DNA of 64,000 nt from a bacterium (lineage in GTDB: Bacteria > UBA8248). The notes beneath the pieces are model-generated. The model ran no database searches. It saw only the letters and a program-made list of their open reading frames with translations, and was not told the DNA's origin. The stretch covers positions 1,984,001 to 2,048,000 of the forward strand of contig OZ253442.1 in the NCBI GenBank assembly GCA_965261085.1. Reading direction: 5' to 3'. Position numbers and translations under genes: made by a program. Shown piece after piece: positions 1-9,117 of the stretch; position 1 is the first letter of the stretch; each line of letters starts with the position of its first letter.

Positions 1-2
1 GC

Positions 3-221
3 GCTTCATGTCTGGTGGTGGAGGATTCCGTCGCAGGCGTGCGCTCGGGCAATGCCGCAGGCATGAGGACGCTCGCGGTGACGACGAGCTATCCCGCCGA
101 AAAGCTCGGTGAGGCCGACCGCGTGGTGGACTCGCTGGAGGAAACAGTGGACCCGGGTGGTCTGGCCGCCTGGTTCGCCGCTCTTCCGCCCGTCCCGTCC
201 CAAGGCGAAGGGGAGAGGTAG
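3..221 (+). CDS. HAD-family phosphatase, 3' part (5' end outside window)
   Basis: Frame open from window start; CLVVEDSxxGVxSGxAAGM is the HAD motif IV region; stop abuts def start. Confidence 0.8.
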   Translation, partial: ASCLVVEDSVAGVRSGNAAGMRTLAVTTSYPAEKLGEADRVVDSLEETVDPGGLAAWFAALPPVPSQGEGER

Positions 222-755
222 ATGTCCATTCTGAAAGTCGCCCGCATGGGCCACCCCGTCTTGCGCGAAAAGGCGCGCGAGTTGACGCTGCAGGAGCTTG
301 GGAGTCCCGAACTCGCGGACCTCGTCGAGGACATGATCGAGACCATGGCCGAATACGCGGGCGTAGGCTTGGCCGCCCCGCAGGTGCACCACGGGCTCAG
401 GGTGTTCGTCATGCAGACGGACCCGGATGATGAGGAGACGCTGCGCGTGGCGGTGAACCCCAGGCTCACGCCATTAGGCGAGGAGGGTTGGGAGGATTGG
501 GAGGGGTGCCTCAGCATCCCCGACATTCATGGCCGCGTGCCGCGCAGCACGAGTGTGCGTCTGGAAGCTCTGGACGCGGAGGGACGCGCCTATACCGAGG
601 AGTTGGAAGGATTCGCCGCGCGCGTCTGCCAGCATGAGTACGATCATCTCGACGGGTATATCTTCATCGACAGGATGGGGGATTTCACCACCCTTTGTTT
701 TGGGGAGGAATATCGCAGGTATCACGCCCCGAGACCGAAGGAAGAGGCGGAGTAG
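222..755 (+). CDS. def: Peptide deformylase
   Basis: Motifs GVGLAAPQV, EGCLS, HEYDH. Confidence 0.97.
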   Translation: MSILKVARMGHPVLREKARELTLQELGSPELADLVEDMIETMAEYAGVGLAAPQVHHGLRVFVMQTDPDDEETLRVAVNPRLTPLGEEGWEDWEGCLSIPDIHGRVPRSTSVRLEALDAEGRAYTEELEGFAARVCQHEYDHLDGYIFIDRMGDFTTLCFGEEYRRYHAPRPKEEAE

Positions 756-985
756 ATCACTCAGGCGCACGCTCGGGCTCACACGATGTCTAGGCACAGG
801 GCTTGTCCAAACCCGGACTTCACGCCATCACATCAAGGGAAAGGCCCGTACACAATACTAGGGTGCAAGAGCAGCATGAAGGGGGCGACGCAAATATGGC
901 TATCACAGGAACGGCTCGTCCATAAGATCGCCGTCGCCCACTGGCGCGGATTCTAGGCTAGCTTTCAGCAGGTTTATCTTCACGC

Positions 986-1801
986 CTAAAAACCATAAAA
1001 CATCTTCCGAACTAAGGAAGGTACTCGAACCGAATCAGAGTCATTGCATTTCAAACACTTTTCCCATGAATTCAAATAGTCTTCAAAAGTTTCGTTTTCA
1101 TGAACATTCCAATAATTTAGATATCCACAGTCCGCCCAAAGAGAAGGAGCACTCTGGAAATGCTCCAAGAGGGCAAGGGCTACAACCACATTGCGGTCGC
1201 GAAGATAAGAATCGGCTTCCATATCCTTAAGTTTTAATGCGAACCATTCTGGTAAATGTATACTTAAAATATTATTGTATTCTTCTGGGGTCATGTATTG
1301 CAGTACAGCACTCTCACAATATATTGCGTGGTTTGGTGCAAATTCTGCTGCGCCCTTTACATTCTCAGGTGGGTTGGTTTTCCAAGATTCTGACAGCTCA
1401 TGCAAAACAAATAACGACGCCATTTCGCAAAGACTTTCCTCAAACCAACAATGGCGATGTACTTTGTTGCGATTGTAGTTCGTCATTACATGGCACAGTT
1501 TGTGCGAGAACTGATAGACGTATTGGCACCAATTCCTATTTTGAGCATTAATACGGATTTGATAAGGACAGGAATCTAAAAGGACTCTGGGTAAATCTTT
1601 CCACCAAGAGACTTCAATTCGTTCGTCAGGTAACTTACCGAAAGCACCTACAAGCGCGCAGAAGACAGACTCCAAGACAGAAGGAATTGCAACATCCAGA
1701 TACGGTTTCTCGTTTCCTTTATGGGTTAGCCAACTATCCACATCAACTATTAGATATTGCGACATTTTTTGTGCCTCCAATTTGTCTGCGTAGTTCGTCA
1801 C
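986..1801 (-). CDS. AT-rich hypothetical protein, zincin-like (HExxH degenerated to HKLCH)
   Basis: 271-aa ORF, AT-richer than neighbours; YQFSHKLCH...WFEESLCE pattern. Confidence 0.7.
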   Translation of the reverse strand: MTNYADKLEAQKMSQYLIVDVDSWLTHKGNEKPYLDVAIPSVLESVFCALVGAFGKLPDERIEVSWWKDLPRVLLDSCPYQIRINAQNRNWCQYVYQFSHKLCHVMTNYNRNKVHRHCWFEESLCEMASLFVLHELSESWKTNPPENVKGAAEFAPNHAIYCESAVLQYMTPEEYNNILSIHLPEWFALKLKDMEADSYLRDRNVVVALALLEHFQSAPSLWADCGYLNYWNVHENETFEDYLNSWEKCLKCNDSDSVRVPSLVRKMFYGF

Positions 1802-1900
1802 TCACCCCTCCGAAGTGTGCCCTATCGGCAAGCGGCGGCGGTGCCATCAGCGGCCCATGCGCCGCCGTGCGCGGAAAAGGCAGGCCCTCCCCCCCGGTTC

Positions 1901-2206
1901 TTAGGCATTTTCCCGTTTTCTTCGCAGGTTTTCACGCCTAGCTTCTGGTATCTCATTCGCGGTGATGATCTGTTCCTGCCCAGATGGGGAAGTAATTGTG
2001 ATCTCAAACCCTTCAAGCCATCTATCATCATGATTCGGGTATTCATCAATGAGCTTCTCGATGGTTTCATAGGCTATTCTTCTCGCTTCCGTTTCAGCAA
2101 AACATTCCTTGGCGTTGAGATATTTCAGTTCGTCGACACCTAAGTTGTTAAGGTGATAATCTTCATATTTCGTGATTTTGAGTGTCCACTTCATCGCCTC
2201 GCTCAT
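1901..2206 (-). CDS. Hypothetical protein (~101 aa)
   Basis: ATG at 2206 preceded by strong SD (AAGGAGGG); AT-richer ORF. Confidence 0.6.
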   Translation of the reverse strand: MSEAMKWTLKITKYEDYHLNNLGVDELKYLNAKECFAETEARRIAYETIEKLIDEYPNHDDRWLEGFEITITSPSGQEQIITANEIPEARRENLRRKRENA

Positions 2207-2464
2207 CCGTCTCCCTCCTTTATCAGTGGTCGAACCATGCGACGTTATCATCCGGGCGAGATCATATCATGCCCGCCCGGCCATGTAATGAAATTGACGG
2301 CGCGCATAAAAAAATCCCTTTCCGCTTTCGGCATGGAGCATGAAGCCCTGTTTTGCCGATTTCCCCCGATGAAGGGGAGCGGGAAAAAAAATTTTCTCCC
2401 CGCCGCGTAGTCGGTTCCCTTTCCCCGCCACTCATCGAGGCCGCGCCGGATTCATCAAGCCCGC

Positions 2465-2632
2465 CGCGACCTTGCGCGCAGCGAGGGACGGCAGCTTCAG
2501 GCCCTGGTCGATGAGGCGCTGGCCGATCTGATCGAAAAACGCAGAGGGAGCAGGCCGCGCGCCCATGTGATGGCGGTATATCAGGCGAGTTACGAGAGGT
2601 TCGCGCCGCTTTACAAAAAACTCGCTGAATGA
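2465..2632 (+). pseudogene. 5'-truncated RHH-type antitoxin of the kind found upstream of Doc/Fic toxins
   Basis: Reads RDLARSEGRQLQALVDEALADLIEKRRGSRPRAHVMAVYQASYERFAPLYKKLAE*; no start codon; overlapping ATGA begins MTGYL (Doc-like start) and then runs into the def duplicate. Confidence 0.6.
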
Positions 2633-2644
2633 CGGGCTATTTGA

Positions 2645-2731
2645 TTCATCGACAGGATGCGCGATTTCACTTCTCTTTGCTTCGGCGAGGAATACCGCAG
2701 ATATCACGCCCCGAGGCCCAAGGCGGAGTGA
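2645..2731 (+). repeat. Diverged duplicate of def 3' end (663-755)
   Basis: Encodes FIDRMRDFTSLCFGEEYRRYHAPRPKAE* vs FIDRMGDFTTLCFGEEYRRYHAPRPKEEAE* in def. Confidence 0.93.
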
Positions 2732-2922
2732 GGGGTACGGGCCTCTGTCTTGCCCTTTCGTTTGTTGAACGCGGGTTCATCCGCCGCATCCTCTACGGAT
2801 AGGAATTCCAGTTCCACGCAACAGGTGTTGCAAATGGGGCCGGACCCGAAGGTGCCCTCATCGAACACGTGTCCTTGAAACTGGTGTCGGCAGGTTGGGC
2901 AAATCCAGATGTATTGGCTCAT
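2704..2922 (-). CDS. Small Zn-ribbon protein
   Basis: CPTC...CNTC; SD AAGGAG upstream. Confidence 0.6.
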   Translation of the reverse strand: MSQYIWICPTCRHQFQGHVFDEGTFGSGPICNTCCVELEFLSVEDAADEPAFNKRKGKTEARTPHSALGLGA

Positions 2923-3061
2923 GCCGGTCTCCTTCGGCGGTTTTGGCTCGTGAGAGAGATATGTCGCTCTCCTATATTCTTAATATAGGTTTCGAAGCGA
3001 ACATTTCGCCACAAAAAAAGCCCGGATTATTTTCGGCGAGGTTTCAGACTGGATGAGAGGA

Positions 3062-3087
3062 CGACCCGGGCGGGTTCGCCCGGGTCG
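3062..3087. terminator. Strong hairpin downstream of tRNA-Leu
   Basis: CGACCCGGGCG-GGTT-CGCCCGGGTCG perfect 11-bp stem; no clear U-tract. Confidence 0.55.
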
Positions 3088-3107
3088 CGTATAAAGCGAA
3101 GGTATCT

Positions 3108-3194
3108 TGGTGCCCAAGGCCGGACTCGAACCGACACGGGGTTGCCCCCACTAGCCCCTCAAGCTAGCGTGTCTACCTGTTCCACCACTTGGGC
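3108..3194 (-). tRNA. tRNA-Leu(GAG)
   Basis: GCCCAAG acceptor stem, anticodon arm CTAGC-TTGAGGG-GCTAG, long variable arm, GTTCGAGTC T-loop, encoded CCA. Confidence 0.97.
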
Positions 3195-3364
3195 ATGTGT
3201 CCCCGGATATTCCAAGCGAAACATCGGGGCATGAGGCTATATAGCGTTGCGCGCGCCGGGCTGTCAACGCCCTTTATACATGGACTTGAGCGGCGCTTCG
3301 CACCCGCGAGCCAAACCGCGTTCAGGTGTTGCGCATGGAGGCGGCCGCCCTCCCGCCGATGATG

Positions 3365-4867
3365 CTATCTGGAGTTCGCCCTCGGGTTCATGGCGTCGCG
3401 CAGGCCCTCGCCGAAGAGGTTGAAGGCGAGCATGACGATGAGTATCGCAAAACCCGGGATGAAGGTGAGCCAGGGGGCGTCGAAGATGTATTTCTTCCCG
3501 TCCGAGAAGATGTTCCCCCAACTCGCCTGGGGCGGCGGAACGCCGAAGCCGAGAAAACTCAGGCTCGCTTCGGTGAGAATCGCGCCCGCGATTCCGATGG
3601 TGGCCGAGACCAGCACGGGCGCCATCGAATTGGGGATCAAGTAGCGGAAGATGATGAGCCTGTCCGAACCGCCCGTGGCGCGCGCGGACTCCACAAAGGG
3701 CTGTTCCCTCAGCGAGAGCACCTCCGCGCGCACGAAACGCGCAGGCCCCACCCAGCCGAGGACGCCGATGACCACCATGATGATCCAGATGTTGGGCGTC
3801 ACGAGGGCCAGGATGGTGAGCAGCACGAAAAACGAGGGGAACGAAAGCTGCACGTCCACGATGGTGGTGTAGATGATGTCCACCTTGGGCAGCCGGAATT
3901 TATGAAGAAGCGTGGTGACGTCGAATCTCTGGTAGAAATAAACGCAAACCACGGCGCCTGAGAGACTCAGCCACAGGTGCGCGGCATGGCCCGGATAGGC
4001 GAGGTAGAGGCCCGAGAGCAAGAGGAGAAAATAGATGGCTCCCCCGCCCGTGATAGCGCTTAGGGAAACGCCGTCCGCCGCGCTTTCCTCCGCGTTTCTG
4101 CCCTGCGCCCCGCCGAAGGCGGCGAGCGTTACGAGACAGGCCAAGCCTAAGAATCCTTCTTTCCAATAGGGCGTGCGCACCTGAAGACCGAAATCAGATG
4201 CGAAGCCGCTGAACTCGAAAGGCTCGAACGCGCCGAGCGCAAGTCCTAAGAGCGCGCCGAAGATCATGCCCTCCAGGAACAGCGAGCGGCCGCCGCGGCG
4301 CACCGATAGCCCCAGACCTGCGCCCGTCATGGAAAACAGCAGCGTCAGGAACCCTAACTCGTTCCACACGGCGTAGCCCGCGAGACCGGCGCCGATGAAG
4401 CCGAACAGGGGCGCGCCGCTTGGCTTGATCTCTCCGTAAAACCCGGCGATCCCGCCTATCGCGACTCCCAGAAACGTGGCGATGCCGATGGCTACGAAGC
4501 CCACCGACATCGAGATGAAGGTGCCCTCGAGCATTCTGGCGAACACGTCGCGGCCCAGATCATCCGTGCCGAACACGTAAATCCCCAGGCGCGGGAGGTT
4601 TTCCCTGGGGATCTCCCCCACCTTCGGGGCGGAGAGGGGGGCTTTCAGCTTGTCCGGCAGGCGCACGACGTTGGCGTCGAACATCGGCTCGCTCATGAGG
4701 GCGGAATTGACGAAGCCGAGCGCCGCCAGCGCGAAGAAGAAGGCCAGCACGCCGCCGCCCACCATCGCCATCCGGTTTCGCTGGAGATGCCGCCATACGC
4801 GCTGGCCGGGGGTGAGTTCTTCCCCCATCTCCTCAATCATCTCGCGCATATCTAGTGTTTCGTTCAC
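3365..4867 (-). CDS. Peptide/nickel ABC transporter permease (OppC/DppC type) with large membrane insertion
   Basis: FGTDDLGRDVFAR, EAA loop (FVESARATG), C-terminal FNLFGEGLRDAMNP; GTG start at 4867 overlaps the upstream permease stop. Confidence 0.88.
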   Translation of the reverse strand: MNETLDMREMIEEMGEELTPGQRVWRHLQRNRMAMVGGGVLAFFFALAALGFVNSALMSEPMFDANVVRLPDKLKAPLSAPKVGEIPRENLPRLGIYVFGTDDLGRDVFARMLEGTFISMSVGFVAIGIATFLGVAIGGIAGFYGEIKPSGAPLFGFIGAGLAGYAVWNELGFLTLLFSMTGAGLGLSVRRGGRSLFLEGMIFGALLGLALGAFEPFEFSGFASDFGLQVRTPYWKEGFLGLACLVTLAAFGGAQGRNAEESAADGVSLSAITGGGAIYFLLLLSGLYLAYPGHAAHLWLSLSGAVVCVYFYQRFDVTTLLHKFRLPKVDIIYTTIVDVQLSFPSFFVLLTILALVTPNIWIIMVVIGVLGWVGPARFVRAEVLSLREQPFVESARATGGSDRLIIFRYLIPNSMAPVLVSATIGIAGAILTEASLSFLGFGVPPPQASWGNIFSDGKKYIFDAPWLTFIPGFAILIVMLAFNLFGEGLRDAMNPRANSR

Positions 4868-5859
4868 AGGCGGATCCTCGGGTCGACGATGACGAGCAGG
4901 ATGTCGGATATAAAGGTGCCGATAACGACCAGGATGGCGGAGATGAAGTTCAGGCTTAATATCACCGGATAATCCCGCGCCAGCACGGCCTCGAAGCCCA
5001 GGCGGCCCATGCCGGGCCACGCAAAAATGTTCTCGATGATGACCGAGCCGCCGATCAGCCCCGGCAGGATGAGGCCGAACATGGTGACGAAGGGCAGCGC
5101 CGCGTTTCTCAAGACGTGCACGTAGTTCACGGTGTTCTCATCCAGCCCCTTGGAGTGGGCCGTGCGGATGAAGTCCGAATCCACCACCTCTATCATCTGT
5201 CCGCGAACGTAACGTGAAAGCACGGCGATGCCGCCGACCGCGCCCACGAGGCTGGGCAGCACCAGATGCCAGATGCGGTCGTTGATTCTGAACAGGGGAG
5301 AGGAGTCGCCCCGGCCGAAGGTCTCGATTCCCAGGACGGAAACTTCCAGGCCCGGCACGCGGTAGTCGACGAAGGGCAGCGTGAATCCCTGAACCACGGC
5401 GATGATGAGGATGTAGGCGAGAAAAAAGCTCGGCATCGAGATCATGAGATAACTCATGAAGGTGGTGGAGCGGTCGAAAAAGGTGTAGCGCCGCAGTGCG
5501 CCCGCGATTCCCAGCGGAAACGAGAGGCACCAGGTGATGATGGTGCCTACGATGAACAGGGGCAGGCTGATCAGGAAGCGCCGCCATATTTTCCCGAAAA
5601 CGGGCTGGTTGTCCTTTAGGCTCGTGAGCTCGCCGGTGAAGAATTTCTTGTAAAAGAGCCAGTATTGCACCGGAAGCGGCTTGTCGAGATCGAAGGCGGC
5701 GCGGTAGCGCGCGAGGTCTTCTTGCGTGAAGCGCGGGTTCAAGGGGTCGATCTGGCTCGGCTCCCCGGGCGCCAGGTGAATGATGAGAAAACTCACGATC
5801 GAGATGATGAAGAGCGTCACTAGCTTGAACAGCGTCGTGCGGATGATGTAGGCGCCCAT
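4864..5859 (-). CDS. Peptide ABC transporter permease (OppB/DppB type)
   Basis: LDKPLPVQY, DFIRTAHSKGL, IENIFAWPGMG, RDYPVI, DPRIRL. Confidence 0.93.
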   Translation of the reverse strand: MGAYIIRTTLFKLVTLFIISIVSFLIIHLAPGEPSQIDPLNPRFTQEDLARYRAAFDLDKPLPVQYWLFYKKFFTGELTSLKDNQPVFGKIWRRFLISLPLFIVGTIITWCLSFPLGIAGALRRYTFFDRSTTFMSYLMISMPSFFLAYILIIAVVQGFTLPFVDYRVPGLEVSVLGIETFGRGDSSPLFRINDRIWHLVLPSLVGAVGGIAVLSRYVRGQMIEVVDSDFIRTAHSKGLDENTVNYVHVLRNAALPFVTMFGLILPGLIGGSVIIENIFAWPGMGRLGFEAVLARDYPVILSLNFISAILVVIGTFISDILLVIVDPRIRL

Positions 5860-5860
5860 T

Positions 5861-7936
5861 TTAGTTCTCGAATTGGGGGATTCGGGGGAACTTGATCCAT
5901 TCGTTGAAATCGAAGGAGTAGCTTCCCGTGATGGTGGAGCGGATTTTCTGCGGGCGTATTTTTCCGTCTCTCAAGCGTCTGGCGATGGCGATTTTTCTGT
6001 CGAGCAGCGCCGTCCATTTGCCGACGTACAGGAACGTGTAGGGCTGATCCGCGGCGATGATGCGGTGGAGCGCATGCGCCTGGCGAACCTGCGTCGCGAG
6101 GTCGTATTCCTGGCGGATCTTGATGATGAGCTCATCGGCCTTGGGATTTTTGTAGCCCACGAAATTGAGCTGGCCCTTGTTCGTCTGGCTCGAATGCCAG
6201 ATCTGGTAGAGGTCGGGGTCCAAACCCATGCTCCAGCCGAGGACGACCGCGTCGAAATTGAGCTGGTTGACGTGCTTTCGGATGAACACGGCCCACTCGA
6301 CTTGCGAGAAAGTGATTTTTACGCCGATCTTCTTCCAGGAGTCCTGCACCACGGTGCCGACGGCGCGCCTGATCTCGTTGCCGTGGTTCGTCATCAGGTT
6401 GAAGGCCAGGGGCTTGCCGTTTTTCATCAGGATTCCGTCTTTTTTCTTGAATCCCGCCTCGTGCAGCAAACGCACCGCCCTCTTAGGGTCGTAGGGCAGG
6501 GGTTTGATTTTTTTGTTGTAATGCGGGCCTTGTTTCACGAACGGGCCGGTAATGTCCTCGGCCTCGCCGTTCAGCACGTAGCGGTGAATCTGTTTGGTGT
6601 TCACCGCCAGCCCCAGCGCGCGGCGCACGCGCGCGTCCTGAAACGGCCAGCGCCGGTGGTTGTAGCCGACGTAGGTGAACCCGAAGCCGAGGCCCGAGAA
6701 CACCTGGAACCTCGGGTCTTTCTTGAGCCGCTCGACCTGATGGGCGCCTGCTCCGTAGCGGTCCACGGTGCCCGCGTAGAAGGTAATCTCCTGCGTGAGG
6801 GGGTCGGGCAGGATTCTGTAGACATATTCGTGGTATTCGGGCGGCCCCTCCCAGTAGTCCTCGTTCCGCGCGAGCCGGATGAGTTCGTCCGAGCGCCATT
6901 CCTTGAAGACGAACGGCCCCGTGCCGACGGGTTTTCTGTTGAACGCGCTGTCGCGCAGGCTGAAAGTCTTTGAGTCTTTGCCCTTGCTCTTGGCTTCTTG
7001 GGCGAGCTTTTGGGCGTTCAGTAGATGCTCGGGCAGCATCCCCATGGCCCAGGTGCCGAAAGCGGGGGAGTAGAGACGCTTGTAGGTGACTTTTACGGTG
7101 AACCTGTCGGGCGTCTCCACGCGCTTGACGGGTTCGTAATCGGGCACCCTCGGGGAGAGGTTTTTGGGATTGATGATCGCATTATAGGTGAAGCGCACGT
7201 CGCCCGAGTCGAATTCGTGGCCGTCGTGGAAGCGCACGCCGCGTCTGAGCTGGAAGATGATGACGGGGTTGTGCTCGGTGAGAATCACGCGCCGCGCGGC
7301 GGCAGGACGCAGTTTTTCGGGCAGTTTGGTCTTGACGTAGCGAGCGGGGTCTTTGGCGATGCCGTTTTTCCCGAGCCACTTTTCAAGGTGTTTGAACAAG
7401 TCCTGATCCACGTTCTTGAGCGTCATCTTCACGCGCTCGGGATAGGCGATGACGACCTCTTTGCGGCCCGGTTTTTTCTTCCCCTTGGGCGGCGGGGTGC
7501 GAATGGCGGTTTTCTGCTCGGCGGGAGGGCTAACCTCGATTTTTTCGATGTTTTTAAGCCACGCGGCTTCGCCAACGTCGCGCGCCCGCGCGATGCGCGC
7601 CGCCAGGGCCTTGGCGCCCGGGCCCTCGGGGTGGGGCACGAAGAACGCTTCTTCGTAGATTTCCCAAGAGGTGGCCAGCCGGCCCCGATAGGAGAGGTCG
7701 CGATCCCTGTCGATGAGGCCCTCGAATATCTGGTCGACGATGTCGCCGCTCGCCGTGTCGGCATGAAGAATGGGGTTCAGGATTTGGGCGTCGCCGATGG
7801 AGCCGGTGATGAACTGGCGGAGGCGCTCATCGCCTCCCTTGGTCTGGTCGGAAAACGTCGGTACCCAGAAGTAGGACTGAAACAAGACGGCCGCGATGAG
7901 AATGGGAAGCAACAGCAGGAGGCGCTTGATCAGCAT
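5861..7936 (-). CDS. ABC transporter substrate-binding protein, family 5
   Basis: LRRGVRFHDGHEFDSGDVRFT, PVGTGPF, DARVRRAL; N-terminal membrane anchor. Confidence 0.92.
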   Translation of the reverse strand: MLIKRLLLLLPILIAAVLFQSYFWVPTFSDQTKGGDERLRQFITGSIGDAQILNPILHADTASGDIVDQIFEGLIDRDRDLSYRGRLATSWEIYEEAFFVPHPEGPGAKALAARIARARDVGEAAWLKNIEKIEVSPPAEQKTAIRTPPPKGKKKPGRKEVVIAYPERVKMTLKNVDQDLFKHLEKWLGKNGIAKDPARYVKTKLPEKLRPAAARRVILTEHNPVIIFQLRRGVRFHDGHEFDSGDVRFTYNAIINPKNLSPRVPDYEPVKRVETPDRFTVKVTYKRLYSPAFGTWAMGMLPEHLLNAQKLAQEAKSKGKDSKTFSLRDSAFNRKPVGTGPFVFKEWRSDELIRLARNEDYWEGPPEYHEYVYRILPDPLTQEITFYAGTVDRYGAGAHQVERLKKDPRFQVFSGLGFGFTYVGYNHRRWPFQDARVRRALGLAVNTKQIHRYVLNGEAEDITGPFVKQGPHYNKKIKPLPYDPKRAVRLLHEAGFKKKDGILMKNGKPLAFNLMTNHGNEIRRAVGTVVQDSWKKIGVKITFSQVEWAVFIRKHVNQLNFDAVVLGWSMGLDPDLYQIWHSSQTNKGQLNFVGYKNPKADELIIKIRQEYDLATQVRQAHALHRIIAADQPYTFLYVGKWTALLDRKIAIARRLRDGKIRPQKIRSTITGSYSFDFNEWIKFPRIPQFEN

Positions 7937-7982
7937 CGTCGGCCCTCAGCGCGCGCGAACAGCGGAACCAGTCTCGCCCGCC

Positions 7983-8291
7983 CTATTTCTTCACCGGGGC
8001 GGCGGGTTTCGCAGGCGCGGCCCTCACCGGTGCGGCGGGCACTATCGAGGCGCCCTCATTGGCGTTATGCGAGCCGATGTAGGTGAGCATAAGCGAGGTC
8101 ACCATGAAGAGAACGGCTGCGCCGGTCGTGAGCTTGCTCAGAAAGTTCACGGGTCCCCGCGCGCCGAACATCGTATCGCTCGATCCGCCGAAAGCGGCGC
8201 CCATACCGCCGCCTTTTCCCGCCTGGAGAAGTACGGAGAGGATCAGGCAAAGCGCTACGGCCACATGCAAAACGGTCAATACTATCGTCAT
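7983..8291 (-). CDS. secG: Preprotein translocase subunit SecG
   Basis: VLLQAGKGGGMGAAFGG, two TM helices, follows tpiA. Confidence 0.95.
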   Translation of the reverse strand: MTIVLTVLHVAVALCLILSVLLQAGKGGGMGAAFGGSSDTMFGARGPVNFLSKLTTGAAVLFMVTSLMLTYIGSHNANEGASIVPAAPVRAAPAKPAAPVKK

Positions 8292-8304
8292 TTTCTCACT
8301 CTTT

Positions 8305-9087
8305 TCATGTTTGTCCCGAACTTATCCGGGCCGCGCGGATGATTTTCAGAAAATCTTCGCCCTTCAGACTCGCTCCGCCGATGAGACCCCCATCGATGTC
8401 GGGTTGCGAGAACAACTCCGCGGCATTATCCGGTTTCACGCTACCGCCGTATAAGATACGCGTTTCTTGCGCGCATTCCAAGCCGAAAACTCCCTCGAGC
8501 CGCTCGCGGATGAAGGCGTGCGCCTCCTGGGCCTGCCCGGGCGTGGCCGTGAGGCCCGTGCCGATGGCCCACACGGGTTCATACGCGATGATGAGGCCGC
8601 CGGCGGGAGGGGAGGTGAACGCGCCCTGGATCGAGAGTTCCACCTGATGGGCGATGCGCGCGAGCGTGGTCCCGGCCCGTCTCGTGGAAAACGGCTCCCC
8701 GAGGCAGATGATCGGCACGAGACCGCCCGCGCTCGCCGCCGCCGCCTTGCGGGCGATGAGGGCGTCTCCTTCTCCCATTATCTCGCGCCTTTCGCTGTGC
8801 CCGAGAATAACGTGGGTCGCACCCGCATCCTTGAGCATCAAGACGCTCACCTCGCCAGTGTAGGCGCCATCGGGGTGATGGGAGCAGTTTTGCCCGGCGA
8901 CGCCGACAGCGCTACCTGACACCGCCTCCGTCACCGCCGAAAGGGCGAGATACGGGGGACCCAGGAGGACGTCCACGCCGGAGAAGTTCTCCTCCGCGAC
9001 GCCCTGGGCCACCTCGCGCGCGAGCGTTCGCGCCTCGTCAATCGTCTTGTTCATCTTCCAGTTGCCGGCCACGAGGGCGCGCCGCAT
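8305..9087 (-). CDS. tpiA: Triosephosphate isomerase
   Basis: AGNWKMN, GHSERR, AYEPVWAIGTG, YGGSV. Confidence 0.98.
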   Translation of the reverse strand: MRRALVAGNWKMNKTIDEARTLAREVAQGVAEENFSGVDVLLGPPYLALSAVTEAVSGSAVGVAGQNCSHHPDGAYTGEVSVLMLKDAGATHVILGHSERREIMGEGDALIARKAAAASAGGLVPIICLGEPFSTRRAGTTLARIAHQVELSIQGAFTSPPAGGLIIAYEPVWAIGTGLTATPGQAQEAHAFIRERLEGVFGLECAQETRILYGGSVKPDNAAELFSQPDIDGGLIGGASLKGEDFLKIIRAARISSGQT

Positions 9088-9117
9088 CGTGAGTTCCTCT
9101 TTTTCTTTTCGGGATTT

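Noticed and set aside
2212-2227. Partial 7-13-7 motif copies (also near 26218, 47774, 50224)
   Set aside because: Only half-sites; may simply reflect purine-rich SD or G-run sequence, so not counted
3108-3194. tRNA-Leu as integration site for the 756-2644 islet
   Set aside because: No duplicate of the tRNA 3' end found by eye; the duplication involves def instead
5873-8086. Long antisense ORFs over the ABC binding protein (and similar ones over other genes)
   Set aside because: Shadow frames expected from high-GC codon bias; no motifs
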